Shown piece by piece: positions 39,428 through 53,630 of a stretch of 61,658 nt of DNA (positions are counted from its first letter, which is position 1; each line of letters begins with the position of its first letter). Location of the stretch: positions 1-61,658 of the forward strand of contig NW_021834988.1 in NCBI RefSeq assembly GCF_006345805.1. The letters are read 5' to 3'. The DNA is from Octopus sinensis. Lineage: Eukaryota. The notes under the pieces were generated by a model, which saw only the letters and a program-made list of their open reading frames with translations, made no database searches and was not told where the DNA came from. Position numbers and translations under genes: made by a program.

Positions 39428-40028
39428 AAGGCGGCGAGCTGGCAGAAACGTTAGCGCGCCGGGCGAACTGCATAGCCGAATTTCGTCTGTCGTTACGTTC
39501 TGAGTTCAAATTCCGCCGAGGTAGACTTTGCCTTTCATCCTTTCGGGGTCGATAAATCAAGTACCAGTTACACACTGGGGTCGATGTAATCGACTTAATC
39601 CGTTTGTCTGTCCTTGTTTCTCCCCTCTGAGTTTAGCCCCTTGTGGGTAGTAAAGAAATGGGTATTTCGTCTGCCGTTACGTTCTAAGTTCAAATTCCGC
39701 CGAGGTCGATTTTACCTTTCATCATTTCGGGGTCGATAAATTAAGTACCAGTTACGCACTAGGGTCGATGTAATCGACTTAATCCGTTTGTCTCTCCTTG
39801 TTTGTCCTCTCTGTGTTTAACCCCCTTTGGGTAGTAAAGAAATAGGTATTTCGTCTGCCGCTACGTTCTGAGTTCAAATTCCGCCGAGATAGACTTTGCC
39901 TTTCATCCTTTCTGGGTCGATAAATTAAGTACCAGTTACGCACTGGGATCGATGTAATCGACTTAATCCGTTTGTCTGTCCTTGTTTGTCCCCTCTGTGT
40001 TTAGCTCCTTGTGGGTAGTAAAGAAATA
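39428..40028 (+). mobile_element. SINE-A head plus three 184-bp bodies
   Basis: GGTATTTCGTCTGCC at 39661 and 39845; perfect 16-bp TSD GGTATCAATCCTAGTT at 39412-39427 and 40029-40044. Confidence 0.9.
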
Positions 40029-40424
40029 GGTATCAATCCTAGTTCAACGCCCACAACAACAGTAGTTTTAGTTTGATAGACAAAATAACGATGTATATGG
40101 TTCACTCATCGCCATCCTTTATTTTAGTGCATCTAATATTGTACTGTCTCATTTGTCCTACCTATTATTTAAGACAGTATGGTATGATATAAAGATTCGA
40201 CTAGCATTTCTACTCGTTCGAATACCTGGGACGAAACTTGTGTAGTTACATGTGGCGTGAGAGTAATCTCCCTTACAAAAAATGTTATGGGTTATCTCCC
40301 TTAATTTGTTTTTATCTCCCTTGTTTAAATCGTATTAAGTTGATGGCAAACGTCATCTGCGCTTAATTATCAATCAGAAAATATACCTGACTTTGTGACT
40401 ATCCTTTCGAAGATAACATGCATG

Positions 40425-40977
40425 CCCCTATATGGTCGTTCAATCCAGTGGCTCTCATGACTTCTGATCTTAACTGATTGGAAGTGTTATCATGTACATT
40501 GTTTTGTCTTGGTATAAAAGATGGGCTACAGCAAATATTCTGCTCAACACCACATATTAACTTGTCAGTTGTTTGACTTTAACCAGTTGACCATGTCCCT
40601 TAGTGGCTGACGATATGTGCATCTCTGATCACGAGCAGAAGTAGTGGGGGGGGCATCATAGCCGTGTGTTGAAAGGAATTCTTGGAGGTTTGGATAATTC
40701 ACCTTAGGGAACATGAGTGTTTCGTTCAACATCCTTAAACAATCCTTTTGACCCTTTTGAGCGGGATGGGCTACTCGACCAGAAAAAAATTCAAACTGAG
40801 CCCTACCTGCAAGGTCATGTGCTGTTTATCTTAATATGAAGACAGCATTTAATGCACATATGGTTGTGATGCATGTGCCTGGTGTACCCTTATCAGACGG
40901 GTAGTCATGATGGGTATACTGGGCTTCGTATATTTTACCCCAGTGTCACTTTGATGGCATGCACTGCTCTCTCACTC

Positions 40978-41037
<60 letters not shown>

Positions 41038-41368
41038 CGCCCTGATGCAGTACCAGGCAGTGGTTCTCATGACTTCTGATCTTAACCGATTGGAAGTGCT
41101 ATCGTGTACATTGTTTTGTCTTGTTATGAAAGATGGGCTCAATACCAGAGATTTTCTTGTAAGTTGCTTGACCTTAATCAGCTGAGCATGTCCCTTAGTG
41201 GTTGACGATAAGTGCATCTCTGATCACGAGCAGAAGTAGTTGCGGAGCATCATAGCTAATGTACTCAGAGAAATTCTTTGGGGTTTGGATAATCCACCTT
41301 TGGAAACATGGGTGTTTCGTTCATCAACCTTAAACAACCCTTATTCAGAGACATTTGAGCGGGATGGC
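40425..41368 (+). repeat. Two diverged tandem copies of an unclassified interspersed repeat
   Basis: CAGTGG(C/T)TCTCATGACTTCTGATCTTAAC..CATCTCTGATCACGAGCAGAAGTAGT at about 40447 and 41058. Confidence 0.65.
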
Positions 41369-42968
41369 GAAAATCAACTGGGAAAAGTCAATGGGCTTGC
41401 GGCTCGACACCTGGAGAAGCAAGCCCATGCCGTCCACCAGCGCCTCCGTCGTGGGACGCTGGACCGACGGTCCGGTCGAGTTGCTCGGAGTCTGGTTTGG
41501 TCCGGACCTCCAAATGGAGAAGAACTAGAACGAGATAACGAGTAGGGTGGCCACTCTCGCCCGGTAATGGGCCGAGAGGAAGCTGTCCCTAAAAGGTTGG
41601 GCAGAGGTGGTGAACACGTACATCGAGTCCGTCATCTACTATCGCCTGATCGTCGTGCCTTGTCCCGACCCTACCTTCACCAAACTAGAACGCATTCTCT
41701 TCCGCTTCTGGTGGAAAGGATACGTTCCGATGGTCAGGCGATCTATTTGCTGTCAACACTGGTTAAAAGGAGGGCTGGGCATGCCGTGGTTTATGACGCG
41801 CAGACATGCGCTTAGACTGTGACACCTTCGGCTCGACGTAGACGACGGTGAACAGGTGTGGTCGCCATTTGTGAGACGCGCTTTCCCGCAACTCATCTCC
41901 ATGACCGAACTGCAGTCGTAGATAAAAAAAAAAACAGGCCGAGGAAGGGCGAATGGCACCGCGAGTGTCGCGTTGCTCTCAAGCAACTCTGCCGTCCTGG
42001 GTCGACCTTGATTGACTTCAACACAACCAAAGCATTCTATATGGGATCAGTGGAGGGGAGGTACAACTATGAGTTCGAGGCGAACCTAGACGTCGACGAG
42101 GAATACCTGACCCGCCTGTTCAAGACGACTTTTGGGCTGGGACCTATGAACAACTTCCAGAAATCCCTGGCAGTGCTATCGAGAAGCGCTACCCGTTCGG
42201 GCTAAATTCTACAGGCATGGCTCGAGAAACACGGGGCCAACCTGCCCGAGATGCGGTCAGAGCGACGAAACCGTTCTGCACGCAATCGTGCAGTGTCCAA
42301 CAATCTCCGACCTGTGGGCTTATGTCGAACGACTGCTGTCACGTGTGGGACGAGTCGGTTTATCAGCCGAGTCTATCGTCAATATCGTCACGCCTCCTTC
42401 CTTCAAACGGGAAGGAAGAGCTATTTTCATCATACAGTGTGGCTATGGCGAAAGAATATATCTGGTGGACGCACCTGAAAAGATTAGAGACAAACACTTT
42501 CCTCTCTGGTCAATCTCTCATCAACTTCTTCAAGTATCAATTGAAGAGGAAGGTGAGAGTAAAGAATGAATTTTTGTCTAGTGAATGTTTCAAAAAAAGA
42601 TGGGAGAATGTGGCAAGGATGGAATGTGTGAATGACGGTGCCACCTTGAGCATAATCCTATGAACCAGAAAAAGAAAGGAAAAAAGAGTCATTTACTATA
42701 ATGTGTTTTTGCATGACATCATTGCCTGAGGTTACCGTGGTTTTTTCCGAAGGCTTGTCTTTCCACGGATGAACCTAATCTGCTTCCCATTTTACACTAT
42801 GACATTTCTGTGAGACACGATCCCTATTGATCGTTTTTTTTTTACCACGATCCCTTTTGATCGAAATTCTACCCCCACCACTTTTTTTCCTTCCTTCCCA
42901 AAAAGGAAAGCTCTACTTTGCATTTTATCCCCCTGTGTTCAGCCCTGTGTGGCCAATAAAGGAACATA
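41369..42968 (+). mobile_element. Tx1/L1-clade LINE, 5'-truncated (RT C-terminus, zinc finger, pyrimidine-rich 3'UTR)
   Basis: KINWEKS, LLGVWFGPDLQ, RKLSLKG, GGLGMP and HAIVQC-like motifs across frames; ends AATAAAGGAACA followed by (TATC)n. Confidence 0.8.
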
Positions 42969-43093
42969 TCTGTCTATCTTTCCATCCATCTATCCCGTTA
43001 TCTTTCCATCAATCCATCTATCCATCTATCTATCAATTTGTCTATCTATCCATCTATCTATCCGTCTATCTATCTATCCATCCATCTATCCCA

Positions 43094-43166
<73 letters not shown>

Positions 43167-43368
43167 CATCCACCTATCTATCGATCCATCTATCCATCCA
43201 TCTATCCCGCTATCTATCCATCTATCTGTCTATCTATCCACCTATCCATCTATATATCTGTCTATCTATCTATCCATCCATCTATCCTTCTATCCATCCA
43301 CCTATCTATCTATCCATCCATCCATCTATCTATCTATCGATCCCGTTATCTATCTATCTATCTATCTA

Positions 43369-44100
43369 TCGAACGACTGCTGTCACGTGTGGGACGTGTC
43401 GGTTTATCAGCCGAGTCTATCGTTAATATCGTCACGCCTCCTTCCTTCAAACGGGAAGGAAGAGCTATTTTCATCATACAATGTGGCTATGGAGAAAGAA
43501 TGTATCTGGTGGACGCGCCTGAAAGGATTAGAGACAAACACTTTCCTCTCTGGTCAATCTCTCATCAACTTCTTCAAGTATCACTTGAAGAGGAAAGTGA
43601 GAGTAGAGAGGCAAGTTTTGTCTAGTGAATGTTTTAAAAAAAGATGGGTGAATGTAGCAAGGATGGCACGTATGAATGACGAAGCCACCCTGATTATGAT
43701 TCTATGAACCGTAAAAATTAATACAGAGAGTTGCTTATTTGCAAAAAAAAAAAAAAAGAAATATAACATGTGACTTCATTGACCGAGGTTTCAGTGGTCT
43801 TTTCCGTAGGCTTTTCTTTCCGCGGGTAAACCTCACCTGTCCTCCCCTTTACACTTCATATTGACATTTCTGTGATTACGATCCCTATTGATCAACTTTT
43901 TTTTTCCTCTCCCCTTTTCTTTTTTTTTTCCCTCCCCCCCTTTTTTTTTTAAATCCTCCCCTTTTTTTGTCCTCTTTCTTTCCTTTTACGATCCCTTTTG
44001 ATCGAAAACCAACCCCTCTTTTTTACCCCCAAAAGAAAAGCTCTACCTTGTAATGTGTTCTGTCTGTGTGCAGCCCTATGTGGCTAATAAAGAAACATAT
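43369..44100 (+). mobile_element. Second, shorter 3' copy of the same Tx1/L1 element
   Basis: Near-duplicate of about 42325-42968 ([19 protein letters not shown]); flanked by (TATC)n on both sides. Confidence 0.8.
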
Positions 44101-44190
44101 CTATCCATCCATCCATCTATCCTGCTATCTATCCATCTACCTATCTATCTATCCCTTTATCTATCTATCTATCTATCCATCTATCTATCC

Positions 44191-44410
44191 GGTCATTTCT
44201 GTAGGCTTTTCTTTCCACGGATATTCCTAATCTTGCTTTATACATTTAAGATTTTTTTCTGTGATACACGATCCCTTTTGATCGTTTTTTTTTTCTCACG
44301 ATCCTTTTTGATCAGAATTTTATTTTTCTCCTTTTTTTCCGAAAAGAAAAGCTCTACATTGTATTTTGTGCCCTATGTTTTCGGCCCTGTGTGACTAATA
44401 AAGAACCTTA
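44191..44410 (+). mobile_element. Third copy of the Tx1/L1 element, 3'UTR only
   Basis: Shares GTAGGCTTTTCTTTCC, ACGATCCCTTTTGATCG and GCCCTGTGTG..TAATAAA with the 3'UTRs above; starts after (TATC)n. Confidence 0.65.
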
Positions 44411-45375
44411 TCCATCTATGTATATATCTCTGAATGAATGTGTATATGCGTGTATGTATACATTTATGCATGTGTATCTGTGTATGTATGCGAATGTATA
44501 CAACGTATGAATGTATACGCATATGTTATACACTACACATGCGCCGACCCAAGTCTACAAATGTATGTATGATGTAGGTGTACGCGTGTGTGAGTATGTG
44601 GATGCATGTATATGTGTGTATGGCGAGTGTGTGTATGTGTATATGTACGTGTAAGTGCGTGCTGTGTGTGTGTGTATTTGTATGTGAGTATGTATATGTG
44701 TGCATGGAGCGTGAGTGGTTATGTGTGTGTATGTTCGTGTTAAGTGCGTGCTGTGTGTATATATATTTGTATGTATGTATGTATGTATATATGTGCATGG
44801 AGCATGAGTGGTTATGTGTGTGCATGTGAGTGCTTGTATGTGTGTATATGTGTGGATAGATGTACGTGTATGTGTGTATATGTGTGGATAGATGTACGTG
44901 TATGTGTGTGGTGTGTGTACGTGTGCGTATCTATGTGTATATATGCATAGAGTATGTGCGTGTAAGCGTGTGGTGTGTGTTTGTGTGTATGTGTATTTGT
45001 ATACGGAGTGTGTGTATATTATTGTGAGTATGAGAGTGTATATGTGTGTGTATGTGTATATATGTGCGTGTATGTGTTTAGTGTGGTGTGTACGTGTGCG
45101 TATGTGAATATGTGTATATGTGTGTGGAATCTGTGTGTACGTGTTTGCATATGAATGCATGTATGTTTGATCATATGTGTATATGTGTATGGAGTATGTG
45201 TGTGTGTATGTGTGTGCATGTAAAGTATGTGAGTGTACATGTGTTTGCATGTGTGTATATGTGCGTGTATCTGTGTGGTGTGTACGTGTGCGTTTGTGTT
45301 TATTTGTATATATGTATAGACTATGTGTATGCATTTTTGTGTGCATATGAGTGCATGTATGTTTGAGTATATGTT

Positions 45376-45413
<38 letters not shown>

Positions 45414-46054
45414 TCTATATGTGTATATGTGTGTGCGCATGTCCCAGATGCACACGATCACCTTTGTTTATACAGAACATCAGTGTAAAGAGATGCCTTA
45501 AATATGTTCCAAGCAAATGACCGGAAGTCTAGATCAGCCATGATGATTACCAGAAATATAAACAGAAAATCTGCCGGAAGTCAAAAGCATCTATTTCAAA
45601 CCTTAAAATTGGCAGAAGAGATAAAGGCGACAGATGAAATGTCTGTCCATAGTTACTAACGTAGTTTTACTTTCCGAGTTCGAATCCCGTCGAAGAATGA
45701 CTTTGAATTTATTCTTTCTGTGGTGTTAGCGGTGTTATGGGCTGTGATGAGCTATGTGGTGTTGGTGGAGAGGATGACAGATGAGGTGGACGGAAATAAG
45801 GCTTGCAGGGGCCGGCGGAAGAGTGAAGGGGGCATGCGTGGGCAGGAAGCACGTGTGGTCAGGAAGCACATGTGGTGAGTTCCAGCAAATACGACAGAGC
45901 GACAAGATGTGTTGAATTCGTGAGAGTGACCGCTGATTTCGCCGAGGTAAGGCCTTTTGTATTTCTTTCTCCCGTTGCTTCTTTATCTGTTGTCCTTTTC
46001 CTCCATCACACTACACTTTCTATGAGAATGGTGACCAATAAAATAAATGAATAA

Positions 46055-46855
46055 TTACCTCCTCCTTCGCTGAGGCAGAATTATTGTTTCAGTCGTGTTT
46101 GTTGGTTTGTCCGTGGACAAGATATCTCAAGAACCGCTGAATGGATTCCGATGAAACTTTCAGGGATGTTTGGCCTCATGACTGGCGCGAACTGATTAGA
46201 TTTTGGGATCGATCCGGTACCGCATAAGGATTCTGGATTATTTTCCCTGTTTTTTTGTTTTTTTTACTTAATTTTGAGAGCAGTCAAGTTTATCTCAGAT
46301 GTTCTCATTTTAAAAATCATCTCCGGCTAATCGTTGAAAGGGCGTTGGTGACATTTTCTTCCAATCAGGACTCATGCCATTAGCCACAAAGAATAATCTC
46401 TAATTCAAGCCTACTCTAAGCTGCTAAGAAGATCTGCCCACCACACGCGATAGACTGAGAGTTGCATGGGCGCGAAGGCTACATTGTTATCCTCATTCCG
46501 TAAACGGTGGCTTTTAACGGGTGGAGGGCTGAACCATCCTGGGGTACAGAGGTTTCGCAATCTAGACTAGGGTCTGAAAGTTTACCACACCATAGTGTAT
46601 TACACCATGGTTCCTCTGCTTTGTGGCAGAAGTAGGAAGAAATATTGAGAGAAAGTTGTGGTGAAAGAGTACAGCGGGGTTCACCACCACCCCACGTCGG
46701 GGCCTCGTGGAGCTTAGGTGTTTTTGCTCAATAAACACTCAAAATGCCCGGTCTGAGAATCGAAACCGCGTTCTTACGACCGCACTGGGCCATTGCGCCT
46801 CTACGGACGTTGGTGTTGTCTTGGCGGAGGTTTGCGCTCTCTGAGTGCTCTTGTT
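46055..46855 (+). mobile_element. Helentron/DINE-1-like non-autonomous element (HINE) interrupted by SINE-C2
   Basis: 5' TTACCTCC; body GATATCTCAAGAACC..GGATTCCGATGAAACTTT; 3' CTTGGCGGAGGT plus hairpin GCGCTCTCTGAGTGC and TCTTGTT; family call from recall of similar elements. Confidence 0.6.
46335..46803 (-). mobile_element. SINE-C with tail type 2
   Basis: Uninterrupted version of 14726-15495; short TSD CGTTGGTG. Confidence 0.8.
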
Positions 46856-46908
46856 ACTTAGTATAATTAATAAGTCAAGAAAAATTAAGTTCGATCAACT
46901 ATACAATT

Positions 46909-47224
46909 TTTTTTTTTTTGCGCCCTTTTCAAGCCTAGCCAGGCTCATAGGCCCCGGTTTCCCGGTTTCTATGGTGTATGTATTCCCCCCAGCTGGACGG
47001 GACGCCAGTCCATCGTAGGGTTACTCAAGAAACAGGAAGAAAGAGTGAGAGAAAGTTGGGGCGAAAGAGTACAACAGGGGTCACCACCACCCACTGCAGG
47101 AGCCTCGTGGAGCTTTTAGGTGTTTTCGTTCAATAAACACACACAACGCCCGGTCTGGGAATCGAAACCGCGATCCTCCGACCGCGAGTCCGCTGCCCTA
47201 ACTACTGGGCCATTGCGCCTCCAC
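46909..47224 (-). mobile_element. SINE-C with tail type 3 (GATGGACTGGCGTCCCGTCCAG module, poly-A)
   Basis: Same head; TSD CAACTATACAATT at 46896-46908 and 47225-47237. Confidence 0.8.
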
Positions 47225-47410
47225 CAACTATACAATTGGATTATACTAAATAAAATAAATCATAATCTAATATATATACGCACGCATTCACAAATATACA
47301 TCTTTTAGAGGAGGTTTCTTGGACCTAAGAACTCAAGAAACGATTCCCCTGTTTCCACGGCACATAAGGGCCCGAAATCACAACACTCCCCGCTGAACGG
47401 CATGTCAATC

Positions 47411-47495
47411 CGATTCAGATATACAAGTCAGTTACATCGATTCAGAGATACAAGTCAGTTACATCGATTCAGAGATACAAGTCAGTTACATCGAT
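47411..47495. repeat. 27-bp tandem repeat, three copies
   Basis: CGATTCAGAGATACAAGTCAGTTACAT x3, no spacers. Confidence 0.9.
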
Positions 47496-48019
47496 CGGTT
47501 CTTTATTTCATTGATCCCAGAAGGGTTGAAAAGGAAAGTGGACCTCAGCGGTATTTGAACTCAGAACGTAAAGAGCCGGAAGAAATGCAGCCAAGCATTC
47601 CGTCAGGCGTGCTAACGATTTTTTCTACTCTAGATATAAAGCTCGAAATTTTGGAGGAGGGGGGGCCAGTCGATTAGATCGACCCCAGTACGCAGCTGGT
47701 ACTTAATTTATCGACCTCGAAAGGATAAAAGACAAAGTCGACCTCGGCGGAATTCGAACGTAGCGGCAGACTAAATACCGCTGTACTCTTTCACCACAAC
47801 TTTCTCTCACTCATTCTTCCTCCTTGTGCCACAAAGCAGAGGAACCATAGTGTGGTAAACTTTCAAACCCTAGTCTAGATTGTGAATCCTTTGTACCCCA
47901 GGGTGGTTCAGATCTCCACCCGTTAAAAGTTACCGTTTACTGAATGAGGATAACAATGTAGCTTAGAGTACGTTCGAATTAGAGATTACTCTTTGTGGCT
48001 AATGGCGTGAGTCCTGGTT

Positions 48020-48407
48020 GGAAGAAGACGAAGAAGAAGAAGAAGAAGAAGAAGAAGAAGAAGGAGGAGGAGGAGGAGGAGGAGGAGGAGGGGGGGGGAA
48101 GAAGAGAAAAGAGAAGAAGAAGAAGAAAAAGAAGAAGAAGAGAAGAAGAAGAAGAGAAGAAAGAAGGAGAGGAGAAGAGGGGGGAGCGGGAGCGGGAGGG
48201 GGAGGGGGAGCAGGAGGGGGAGAGAGAAGGAGGAAAAGAAGAAGAAGAAGAAGAAGAAGAAGGAGGAGAAAGTAAAGAAGAAGAACAACAACAACAAGGT
48301 GAAGGAGAAGGAGAAGAAGGAGGGGGAGATGGGGAGGGGGAGCAGGAGGGGGAGAGCAGAAGGAGGAAAAGAAGAAGAAGAAGAAGAAGAAGAAGAAGAA
48401 GAAGAAG

Positions 48408-48439
<32 letters not shown>

Positions 48440-48766
48440 GACAGCAACAACAGAAACTGCAACCCCCAACAACCGGAACAACAATAACAACAGCGGCAAA
48501 GACTTGATTATCGCAAGAGAAAACCGGATAAGCAACGGACACACAGCTTCTGCTTCGCCTACATTATCTGCTAATCGACATTATCACCTCAAGTCCAGTG
48601 GAAAAAGATTCTCACGACTATCTGATAGTGTGTCTTTTAATTGGTGTCTTTAAATATTCGTGTTAATGACCAATAATTAGCAGGTCTAAACAGGATCCGA
48701 TCCATCTCTCAATAGACAATCACACGCATTGCGCGTTAACACTCTCACCAACACACGCATACAGTT

Positions 48767-48801
<35 letters not shown>

Positions 48802-49400
48802 TACACACACACATACATATACATATATACACTCACACATAGGTACATATGCACTCTTTCATATGCACGCGCATAATGCAGGAGAGAGTTTGTAAGATAT
48901 ATATATATAAGTGTATATACAAACATACATACATATATACACACACATACAAACATACATACAATCATACATCCACCCATCCATACATACATACAGTCGT
49001 GCAGACAGTCATGCATACACAAACATGCATACAAACATACACACATACAGTCATGCATGCATACATACAAACATGCATACATACATACATACACACATGC
49101 ATACATACATAAATACATACATACATACACACATACATACAAACATACATACATACATACATGCATACATACATGCATACATGCATACATACATGCATAC
49201 ATACATACATACATACACATACATACATACATACATGCATACACACATGCATACATACTTACATACCTACATACATACATGCATACATGCATACATACAT
49301 GCATACATACATACATACATACACATACATACATACATACATGCATACACACATGCATACATACTTACATACATACATACATACATACACACACACATAC
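48020..49400. repeat. (GAA/GGA/CAA)n then (CATA)n microsatellite complexes
   Basis: Direct reading; the GAA run extends from a SINE-C2 tail. Confidence 0.9.
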
Positions 49401-49524
49401 ACACCCATCTGCCGTTTCTATATGAATCACTAATTAACACTAATGACAGAATGCTCAGCTATATATGGTCGTAATTTCATACGACGAGAGTCCCAAAGCG
49501 GTATCGTGCAAGACACAACGGTCA

Positions 49525-52500
49525 CAACCACTACCACCACCACCACCACCACCACCACCCGAACACCACCACCACCACCCCAACAACTACCACTACCAAC
49601 ACCATCATCACCACCACCACCACTACCAACACCATTATCACCACAACCACCACCACCACCACCCCAACAACTACCACTACCAACACCATCATCACCACCA
49701 CCACTACCAACACCATTATCACCACAACCACCACCACCACCCCAACAACTACCACTACCAACACCATCATCACCACCACCACCACTACCAACACCATTAT
49801 CACCACCACCACCACCACCCCAACAACTACAACTACCAACACCACCACCACCACCACCCCCAACAACTACCCACCAACACCATCATAACCACCACCACCA
49901 ACACCAACACCATTATCAACAAACCACCACCACCACCACCCCAACAACTACCACTACCAACACCATTATCCCACCACCACCACCACCCCAACCAACTACC
50001 ACTACCCACACCATCATCACCACCACACCCACTACCAACACATTATCACCACAAACACCCCAACAACTACCACTACCAACACCATTATCACCACCACCAC
50101 GAACAAAAAAACATTATCACCACCACCACCCCAACAACTACCCACTACCAACACCATTATCATCCTACCACCACCACACCACCACCACCCCACAACTACC
50201 ACTACCAACACCATTATCACCACCACCACTACCAACAACATTATCACCACCACCACCCCAACAACTACCACTACCAACACCATTATCACCACCACCACCA
50301 CCACCACCACAACCACCACCCCAACAACTACCACTACCAACACCATTATCACCATCACCACCACCACCACCACCACCCCAACAACTACCACTACCAACAC
50401 CATTATCACCACCACCACCACTACCAACACCATTATCACCATCACCACCACCACAACCAACCCCAACAACTACCACTACCAACACCATTATCACCACCAC
50501 ACACCACCACACAACCACCAACCCCAACAACTACCACTAACAACACCATTATCACCACCACCACCACCACCCACCACACCCACCACCCCAACAAATACCA
50601 ACACCACCACCACCACCACCACCCCCCAACAACTACCACTAACCAACACCATTATCACCACCACCACCACCTACCAACACCATATCACCACCACCACCAC
50701 CACCCCACAACTACCACTACCACCCCATTATCACCACCATCACCACCACCACCACCACCACCCCAACAACTACCACTACCAACACCATATCACCACCACC
50801 ACCCTACCAACACCATTATCACCCATCACCACCACCACAACCACACCCCCCACAACTACCACTACCAACACCATTATCACCACCCACCACCACCACCACC
50901 ACAACCACCACACCCAACAACTCCAACTACCAACCACCATTATCACCACCACCACCCACCACCCCCACACCCACACCCAACAACTACCAACACCCCACCA
51001 CCACCACCCCAACAACTACCACTACCAACACCATATCACCACACCACCACTACCAACACCATTATCACCACCACCACCCCAACAACTACCACTACCAACA
51101 CCACCACCACCACCACCCCAACAACTACCACTACCAACACCATCATCACCACCACCACCACTACCAACACCATTATCACCACAACCACCACCACCACCAC
51201 CCCAACAACTACCACTACCAACACCATTATCACCACCACCACCACACCACAACCACCACCCCAACAACTACACAACCCCCAACACCATTATCCACCCAAC
51301 CACCACCACCACCACAACCACCACCCCAAACAACTACCACTACCACACCATTATCACCACCACCACCACCACCCACCACAACCACCACCCCAACAACTAC
51401 CACTACCAACACCATTATCACCACCAACACCACCACCACCACCACCACCCCCAAAAAACTACCAACACCACCACCACCACCACCCCAACAACACCACTAC
51501 CACCACCCATATCACCACCAACCACTACCAACACCATGATCACCCACCACCACCACAACAACACTACCACTACCAACACCACCACCACCCCACCAAGCAA
51601 CGACCACTACCAACACCATCATCACCCCACCACCACCCACTACCAACACCATTATCACCACAACCCCACCACCACCACCCCAACAACTACCACTACCAAC
51701 ACCATTATCACCACCACCACCACCACCCCAACAAACACCACTACCAACACCAATCACACCACCACCACCACTACCAACACCATTATCACCACAACCACCA
51801 CCACCACCACCCCAACAACTTACCATACCAACCATTATCACCACCACCACCACCACCCCACCAACTACCACTACCAACACATCATCACCACCACTACCAC
51901 TTACCAACACCATTATCAACCCACCACCACTACCACAACTTATCACCACCACCACCCAACAACTACCACTACCAACACCCCATTATCACCACCACCACAA
52001 CCACCACCACAACCACCACCCCAACAACTACCACTACCAACACCATTATCACCACCACCACCACTACCAACACCATTATCACCATCACAACCACCACCAC
52101 CACCACCCCAACAACTACCACTACCAACACCATTATCACCACCACCCCAACAACTACCACTACCAACACCATTATCACCACCACCACCACTACCCCAACC
52201 CCATATCACCATCACCACCACCACCACCACACCCCAACAAACTACCACTACCAACACCATTATCACCACCACCACCACTACCAACACCATTATCACCATC
52301 ACCACCACCACAACCACCACCCCAACAACTACCACTACCAACACCATTATCACCACCACCACCACCACCACCACAACCACCACCCCAACAACTACCACTA
52401 CCAACACCATTTTATCACCACCACCACCACCACCACCACAACAACCACCCAACAAACTACCACTACCAACACCATTATTACCACACCACACCACCAACCA

Positions 52501-53630
52501 CAACCCACCACCCCCAACTACTACCACTACCAACACCATTTATCACCACCACACCACTACCACCACAACCACCACCCCAACAACTACCACTACCAACACC
52601 ATTATCACCACCACCACCACCACCACCACAACCACCACCCCAACAACTACCACTACCAACACCATTATCACCACCACCACCACCACCACCACAACCACCA
52701 CCCCAACAACTACCACTACCAACACCATTATCACCACCACCACCACTACCACCACAACCACCACCCCAACAACTACCACTACCAACACCATTATCACCAC
52801 CACCACCATACCAACACCATTATCCACCACCACCACCCATACCAACACCATCACCACACCACCACCACCACCCCAAACAACTACCACTACCCAACACCAT
52901 GATCATCACTACCACCACCACCCCCAACAACTACCACTATCAACACCATTATCACCACCACCACCATACCAACACCATCACCACCACCACCCACCACCCC
53001 AACAACTACCACTTACCAACACCATTATCCACCACCACCACCACACCCAACAACTACCACTACCAACCATTATCACCACCACCACCACTACCAACACCTA
53101 TCCCACCACCACACCACCCCCAACAACTACCACTACCAAACCATATCCCACTACCCCACCACCACCACCACCACCACCACCCCAACCCACCACCCCCCCC
53201 CTACCCTACCACCACCCCCCACCACCACCCCCACCACACCCAACAACTACCACTATCAACACCATATCACCACCACCACCACTACCAACACCATTATCAC
53301 CATCACCACCAACACCACCACCAACCCAACAACTACCCACTACCAACACCATTATCATCACTACCACCACCCACCACCCCAACAACTACCACTTACCAAC
53401 ACCATTATCATCACTACCACCACACCACCCACCACCACCACCCCAACAACTACCACTACCAACACCATTATCATCACTACCACCACCACCACCACCACCA
53501 CCACCCCAACAACTACCACTACCAACACCATTATCATCACTACCACCACCACCACCACCACCACCACCACCACCACCACCCCAACGACTACCACTACCAA
53601 CACCATTATCACCACCACCACCACCATCAT
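49525..53630. repeat. 4.1-kb C/A-rich complex tandem repeat
   Basis: Core CACCCCAACAACTACCACTACCAACACCATTATCAC plus variable (CAC)n; almost no G on the + strand. Confidence 0.92.

Noticed and set aside
47411-47495. CRISPR-like array (also considered for 3781-4158 and the SINE-A arrays)
   Set aside because: Units are contiguous with no unique spacers, there are no cas genes, and the context is eukaryotic.
47979-48544. Poly-E/K/G ORFs, some starting MANGVSP
   Set aside because: SINE-C2 tail plus its expanded trinucleotide repeats; the same start recurs at 15460.
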